From positions 1 through 64,000 of the forward strand of contig JBNRMN010000064.1 of the NCBI GenBank assembly GCA_050309605.1: 64,000 nt of DNA, read 5' to 3'. The position numbers were made by a program, and so were the translations under genes. Positions 60,078-64,000 of this stretch are shown here, piece by piece (positions within the stretch are counted from its first letter, which is position 1; each line of letters opens with the position of its first letter). A model generated the notes under the pieces. The model worked only from the letters and a program-made list of their open reading frames with translations, made no database searches and was not told the origin of the DNA. Source of the stretch: Anaerohalosphaeraceae bacterium. GTDB taxonomy: Bacteria > Planctomycetota > Phycisphaerae > Sedimentisphaerales > Anaerohalosphaeraceae.

Positions 60078-60875
60078 TTACTGCCTGTTACGTTTTCTTA
60101 TAACAGCAAATGCTCCAAGTCCTAAAAGAGCCAGTGTTGCCGGCTCCGGAATCGCTTGTCCCGGATTATTATATAACCACGTGATCTCGTCAGCGCCCAG
60201 CGCGACACTGTAAATCTGAACATCATCAATCAATCCCTCGGTCCAGCGGGCCAAGGTGCCCCACTCGGTCGCTTCACGAATGCCGGTACCGATGACAACA
60301 TCCTCTGTCAACAGCGTCGCCAAATCCCACGTCAGAGCGGCCGTGCCATACGGATCGCCATCCAGATAAAACGCCACATTTCTGTTTCCGTCATACGTAA
60401 CGGCGATATGATGCCACACATCATTGGTGATGGGGGTGCCGGTGGCACTGGTGGCAGCTCCGGCGTTAAACTCATTACGTAACTGGCCGGCAGTGCCGCT
60501 TTGCAAGCCCAGATCATACCGTACACGAGCGCCTGTGCCGGTATCGCCCCAGCCCATAAAAAACGTACCATTGGCCTGATTGACGGTCGTTTTAACCCAC
60601 AGAGAAACTGTTCGAGGAGCGTTGCCGCCGATCCCCTTGTAACCAATCAATTGCGCAAAGCTTCCCGGTTGGCCATCAAGCTGCAAGGCCTCGCCGCTGA
60701 TGCCCTGCCCGCCGGTGGTAATCGTTGCATTACCCATCAATGTCGCATCCGTCCCCACCAGCGCCGGAGACAGGCCATCCTCTTCAGTATCAAAGTTCAG
60801 ATGCAACTCCACAACTGCGGGTGCCACAGCCGTCATTAAACTGACCATCATTAATAATGCAGCATAGTTTTTCAT
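60078..60875 (-). CDS. LamG-domain PEP-CTERM protein
   Basis: RBS GGAGGT, signal peptide, LamG, and IPEPATLALLGLGAFAVIRKRNRQ sorting signal. Confidence 0.92.
   Translation of the reverse strand: MKNYAALLMMVSLMTAVAPAVVELHLNFDTEEDGLSPALVGTDATLMGNATITTGGQGISGEALQLDGQPGSFAQLIGYKGIGGNAPRTVSLWVKTTVNQANGTFFMGWGDTGTGARVRYDLGLQSGTAGQLRNEFNAGAATSATGTPITNDVWHHIAVTYDGNRNVAFYLDGDPYGTAALTWDLATLLTEDVVIGTGIREATEWGTLARWTEGLIDDVQIYSVALGADEITWLYNNPGQAIPEPATLALLGLGAFAVIRKRNRQ
60208..60795 (-). repeat. LamG-domain DNA repeat, copy 3
   Basis: Near-identical to copy 2 over the domain's N-terminal part and to copy 1 over its C-terminal part. Confidence 0.92.
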
Positions 60876-61023
60876 CGTTCTACCTCCAGATTCCAAAACG
60901 TCATTATTCACGTCAGCTATCACATTAACCATTATTTGTATCGACACACTCAACAGACTTATGCAACATACACCTCCTTTCCGTCTGTGGTAAAATGTAA
61001 ACTGTATTTAATTCTAAAAACCT

Positions 61024-61932
61024 CTATCGATAAGTGCGGGTGATATATGCCTCTGCGATGTGATTTTTAACCCAATTCATATCATCGGAATGAAACCGCT
61101 CCACGCGGCCATCCAAATAGCCGGCGTTGAGCCGTACGCTTGGCTTGTTGTCACGATTGGGGTCCAACAACGAAAAATAGGGCACCGTTCGGCCGCCGCC
61201 GCGAAAACGGTGGGAGCTGTACCATGTCTGCTGAGGATTGTCAAACAAGATATTTGTGTTATTGGTCAAATAAAACAGTGAATCCTGAACCACCAGTCTA
61301 TTGCTGCTGGTCATTGTCCGTGGCCCTTCGAAATGAGCGCTTTGCGGGTCGATATGACCGGAAATATTTCTGTTGTAGCCCTGGTAATTCCACAACAACA
61401 TATACGTGGAATGCAGCGGCACAAAACGGCCGGATCTGTAGAATTCACCATACGTTCCCTCTGCAGAACGGCCGGAGGTGTCCGGCGGCCATGGGGTGTC
61501 ATGTCCTATCGGGGACGCCGTACAATTGAACACGCCGACATCGGGCAGATACGATCCAAGATATTGACCCACATAGTTATCATAGTGAAAATCATCGGCA
61601 AGCCGAATGACCGGATTGCCGACGAGCCAATTCAGTTCAAAAGGACGGTGATAGTTGCCGTTGTTCGGATTGTGGATGTCTGCATTGGACGCCGAGGGCG
61701 GCAGTCTGTCGTTTTGATCATTGGCGTACGCTGCCAGACCATAGATCAACTGTCGCTGGTTGCTGCCGCAGATCGCAATCTGGGCCTGTTCTTTGACCTT
61801 CCGCAATGCCGGAACGACAATCGACATCAGTAAGGCAATGATCGCAATGACCACCAGCAGCTCAATTAAGGTGAACCCTCCGGGCCTGCGGCCCAATACC
61901 TGACTCGATTTAGGGGTGTGGAGCACAATCAT
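61024..61932 (-). CDS. Prepilin-type N-terminal cleavage/methylation protein (H-X9-DG-like family)
   Basis: GFTLIELLVVIAIIALLMSIVVPAL, CGSNQRQ, NAGYLDGRV. Confidence 0.9.
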   Translation of the reverse strand: MIVLHTPKSSQVLGRRPGGFTLIELLVVIAIIALLMSIVVPALRKVKEQAQIAICGSNQRQLIYGLAAYANDQNDRLPPSASNADIHNPNNGNYHRPFELNWLVGNPVIRLADDFHYDNYVGQYLGSYLPDVGVFNCTASPIGHDTPWPPDTSGRSAEGTYGEFYRSGRFVPLHSTYMLLWNYQGYNRNISGHIDPQSAHFEGPRTMTSSNRLVVQDSLFYLTNNTNILFDNPQQTWYSSHRFRGGGRTVPYFSLLDPNRDNKPSVRLNAGYLDGRVERFHSDDMNWVKNHIAEAYITRTYR

Positions 61933-61977
61933 TTTCGTACTATCCTTTCTGTTTTCCACGTTAACAGTCCATTCCAT

Positions 61978-63630
61978 TTAATCGCGTGGATCAATTACAA
62001 TTTCCGGTAATGCGAATAGTCCCCGACGCGAATTCAGTTTTGTCCTGCTGAGAATTACCAGCGTCAGAAAACGATCATCGTCGGAAAGCGACACGTTCAC
62101 CAGACGCGGATCATCCTGCGTGGTAGCATTTTCATAGTGAAAGCGGACCTGTCCATCCACAAGGACGTAAAAATCAACCGGTTCATCCGTTTCGAGAACA
62201 GGATTGATCGACGTTCTTCCGCATAGACTGCGAAACGCGGTTAACTCAAATGCCGGCAATTCTTCCCGCATCCGATCCAAATCAAAGGTAATGCCGGAGT
62301 TGGCATGCATCGAAATCGCAGGATGGTCCTCGGTGCCATAACGTACGTCGCCCAGCGTCTGCCGGTAATGCCCATCGTGAATGTAAAAGCCATTTGAAAT
62401 ATTCCAGTAATATCGACCATCGGTGGCAGGACATGCTTCAAACACATCACCGCGTGAGCTGACTACCACCGGCGACCGACGTCCGTCCGGCACAAATACA
62501 CCGTCAATCAGCGATAAATCTTCAACAACGACATAACTGCACTGAGCGGTTGTACTAAGGCCCTCCCGTCGATGGAAGCCTTCCTGCCATTGGCCCGTAT
62601 CCGGATTGATCGAATAATTCGGAAGACCGTCTCCAAAACCACGGCCTCCGCCAAGCACATCGGCAAGATCAATATGCTCGCCTCGCCACAGCACGCCGTT
62701 TTGTGAAACTATTTCACGAATAAACGCATTTTTTCGAGTCGGAATTTCACGAATCTGACCGGATTGTAAAACGGCTCGCGATTGTCCGGCCTTGATCTCC
62801 TGATGCCGGGATGAGGCCCCCGCAGGGCCTGCGACCAGCATCGCCTTGCCCTGGAACATATGGACCTCGGCAGTCCGGTCGGCGGCGACGTAAACCCCGA
62901 ATTCAGTCCCCAAATCGACCACGGTCGAATAGGGTGTCTGAATCGTAAAACCGCGGGCATATTCGGGCACCCTGGCAAAAACGCGGCCCGAGTGCAATAT
63001 CATCTTTTCCGCCGAGGCCGGTTCAAATTCGGCGGGGCCTTCGATAATCACTTCCGCCCCGTAATCAAATGCCACCTTAACGACGCCCTCGGCCAAGCGC
63101 AGCACATGAGAACGATTTTTCAAACGGCTGCCGACATTAAATGCTTCACTCGGCAAAGCCCATCGCACATCGACCGAATCCACCAGTGTGGCAACTGATT
63201 GAGTCGCCGGCGGCGCCCAGTAATTCAGATACGCCAGAATCAGCATAAATGCTGCAGTCGAAAGAATCGCGGAATACAGAAACAATTTGCTGATGTGAGA
63301 AGTCTTTGCAGTGGAATCGGACACCACATCCGAAAACCTGTCAGGGTGATGTTTTGTCCGTTTGAGGGTTATACCGGGAGCGGTTTTTTCACTGATTGCC
63401 AGCGCCTTCCATACACGCTTATCTTGACAGGGGCTTGCCGAGGCCAGATACAGTTGAATGCGGCGTTTCAACAATGCGGCATTTTTCATGTGATCGCAAT
63501 ATAACACCATCGCCTCGTTTGATTCCATGAGCCAGCGGTCCAGCAGTTCCAGTCGTTCATCGCTGATATAACCGTCAACCAGTTCCAGAATCAAACGGCT
63601 TAATTCGTGTTGTTCCTGATCGGTCATCAT
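61978..63630 (-). CDS. FecR-like anti-sigma factor with C-terminal NPCBM-like carbohydrate-binding domain
   Basis: Cytoplasmic N-domain, TM, GFTIQTP..VVDLGTEFGV FecR motif, MHANSGITFDL...VLVDGQVRF. Confidence 0.85.
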   Translation of the reverse strand: MMTDQEQHELSRLILELVDGYISDERLELLDRWLMESNEAMVLYCDHMKNAALLKRRIQLYLASASPCQDKRVWKALAISEKTAPGITLKRTKHHPDRFSDVVSDSTAKTSHISKLFLYSAILSTAAFMLILAYLNYWAPPATQSVATLVDSVDVRWALPSEAFNVGSRLKNRSHVLRLAEGVVKVAFDYGAEVIIEGPAEFEPASAEKMILHSGRVFARVPEYARGFTIQTPYSTVVDLGTEFGVYVAADRTAEVHMFQGKAMLVAGPAGASSRHQEIKAGQSRAVLQSGQIREIPTRKNAFIREIVSQNGVLWRGEHIDLADVLGGGRGFGDGLPNYSINPDTGQWQEGFHRREGLSTTAQCSYVVVEDLSLIDGVFVPDGRRSPVVVSSRGDVFEACPATDGRYYWNISNGFYIHDGHYRQTLGDVRYGTEDHPAISMHANSGITFDLDRMREELPAFELTAFRSLCGRTSINPVLETDEPVDFYVLVDGQVRFHYENATTQDDPRLVNVSLSDDDRFLTLVILSRTKLNSRRGLFALPEIVIDPRD

Positions 63631-64000
63631 CCTGAGTGTCCCGTTGTCAAAAGTCTATGAATACATTGCTGCAGCACACTGTGAATCCGCGACATGGTAT
63701 GGTAGATGCCGTTGGTGGAACGACCGAAAATCTCTGCGATCTTGACCATCGAAATATTTCGTTCATAACGCATCAGTAAAAGCCGTCTGTCAATTTCTCG
63801 GAGCCGCTTTAGACAGTGTTTCAAGGCCTCTAAGCGTTCTGAAAGATCGTCTTCCTCGATTTCCAGATCAGCGATTTGCTGATAAAAACCATCGCTTAAA
63901 TGCGGCCTTGATCGCGCGTTTTTTTTGAGAAAATTAATGGCTTTTCGGCGGGCAATGGTCATCGCCCACGCGGTAAAATTCGAATCCGGACGGAATTTGT
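63627..64000 (-). CDS. ECF sigma-70 factor (planctomycete/verrucomicrobial type), partial
   Basis: FRPDSNFTAWAMTIAR, ALKHCLKRL, LLLMRY...IAEIFGRS...MSRIHSVLQQCI; the 5' end is outside the window. Confidence 0.9.
   Translation of the reverse strand, partial: KFRPDSNFTAWAMTIARRKAINFLKKNARSRPHLSDGFYQQIADLEIEEDDLSERLEALKHCLKRLREIDRRLLLMRYERNISMVKIAEIFGRSTNGIYHTMSRIHSVLQQCIHRLLTTGHSG

Noticed and set aside
57013..60795. LamG repeats as a diversity-generating retroelement TR/VR set
   Set aside because: Differences are not confined to adenines and are largely synonymous, all copies are coding, and no reverse transcriptase is in the window.

Overview
A GC-rich bacterial chromosomal window whose gene content points to Planctomycetota, probably Phycisphaerae/Sedimentisphaerales (inference from prepilin-type H-X9-DG proteins, single dockerin-like tails, PEP-CTERM and an ECF/FecR pair). 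From left to right it holds: the probable right end of an IS66 element; an FAD/Fe-S oxidoreductase; a coiled-coil plus degenerate ParA/Wzc-like gene pair; an M16 peptidase pair; a cluster of three SPFH (HflK/HflC-like) genes, a P1B ATPase and ABC-2 transporter parts; a frameshifted beta-propeller surface protein; tRNA-Cys and tRNA-Gln; a tri-domain selD next to tRNA-Sec; housekeeping genes (leuS, nth, dsbD, murJ, ferredoxin, tRNA-Glu, mdh); an aminotransferase/GT-C/GT2/alr/GGCT-fusion operon; a Cus-type metal efflux operon; and an ECF-sigma/FecR/prepilin/3xLamG/sulfatase locus whose three LamG domains are near-identical DNA mosaics. The best candidates for undescribed biology are the FtsH-less SPFH/P1B/ABC cluster, the FTR-like/SelD/AhpD fusion, the LamG gene-conversion locus and the GGCT/amidoligase-like fusion. 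No CRISPR array, rRNA or reverse transcriptase was seen. All calls are by eye from motifs; no database searches were run.
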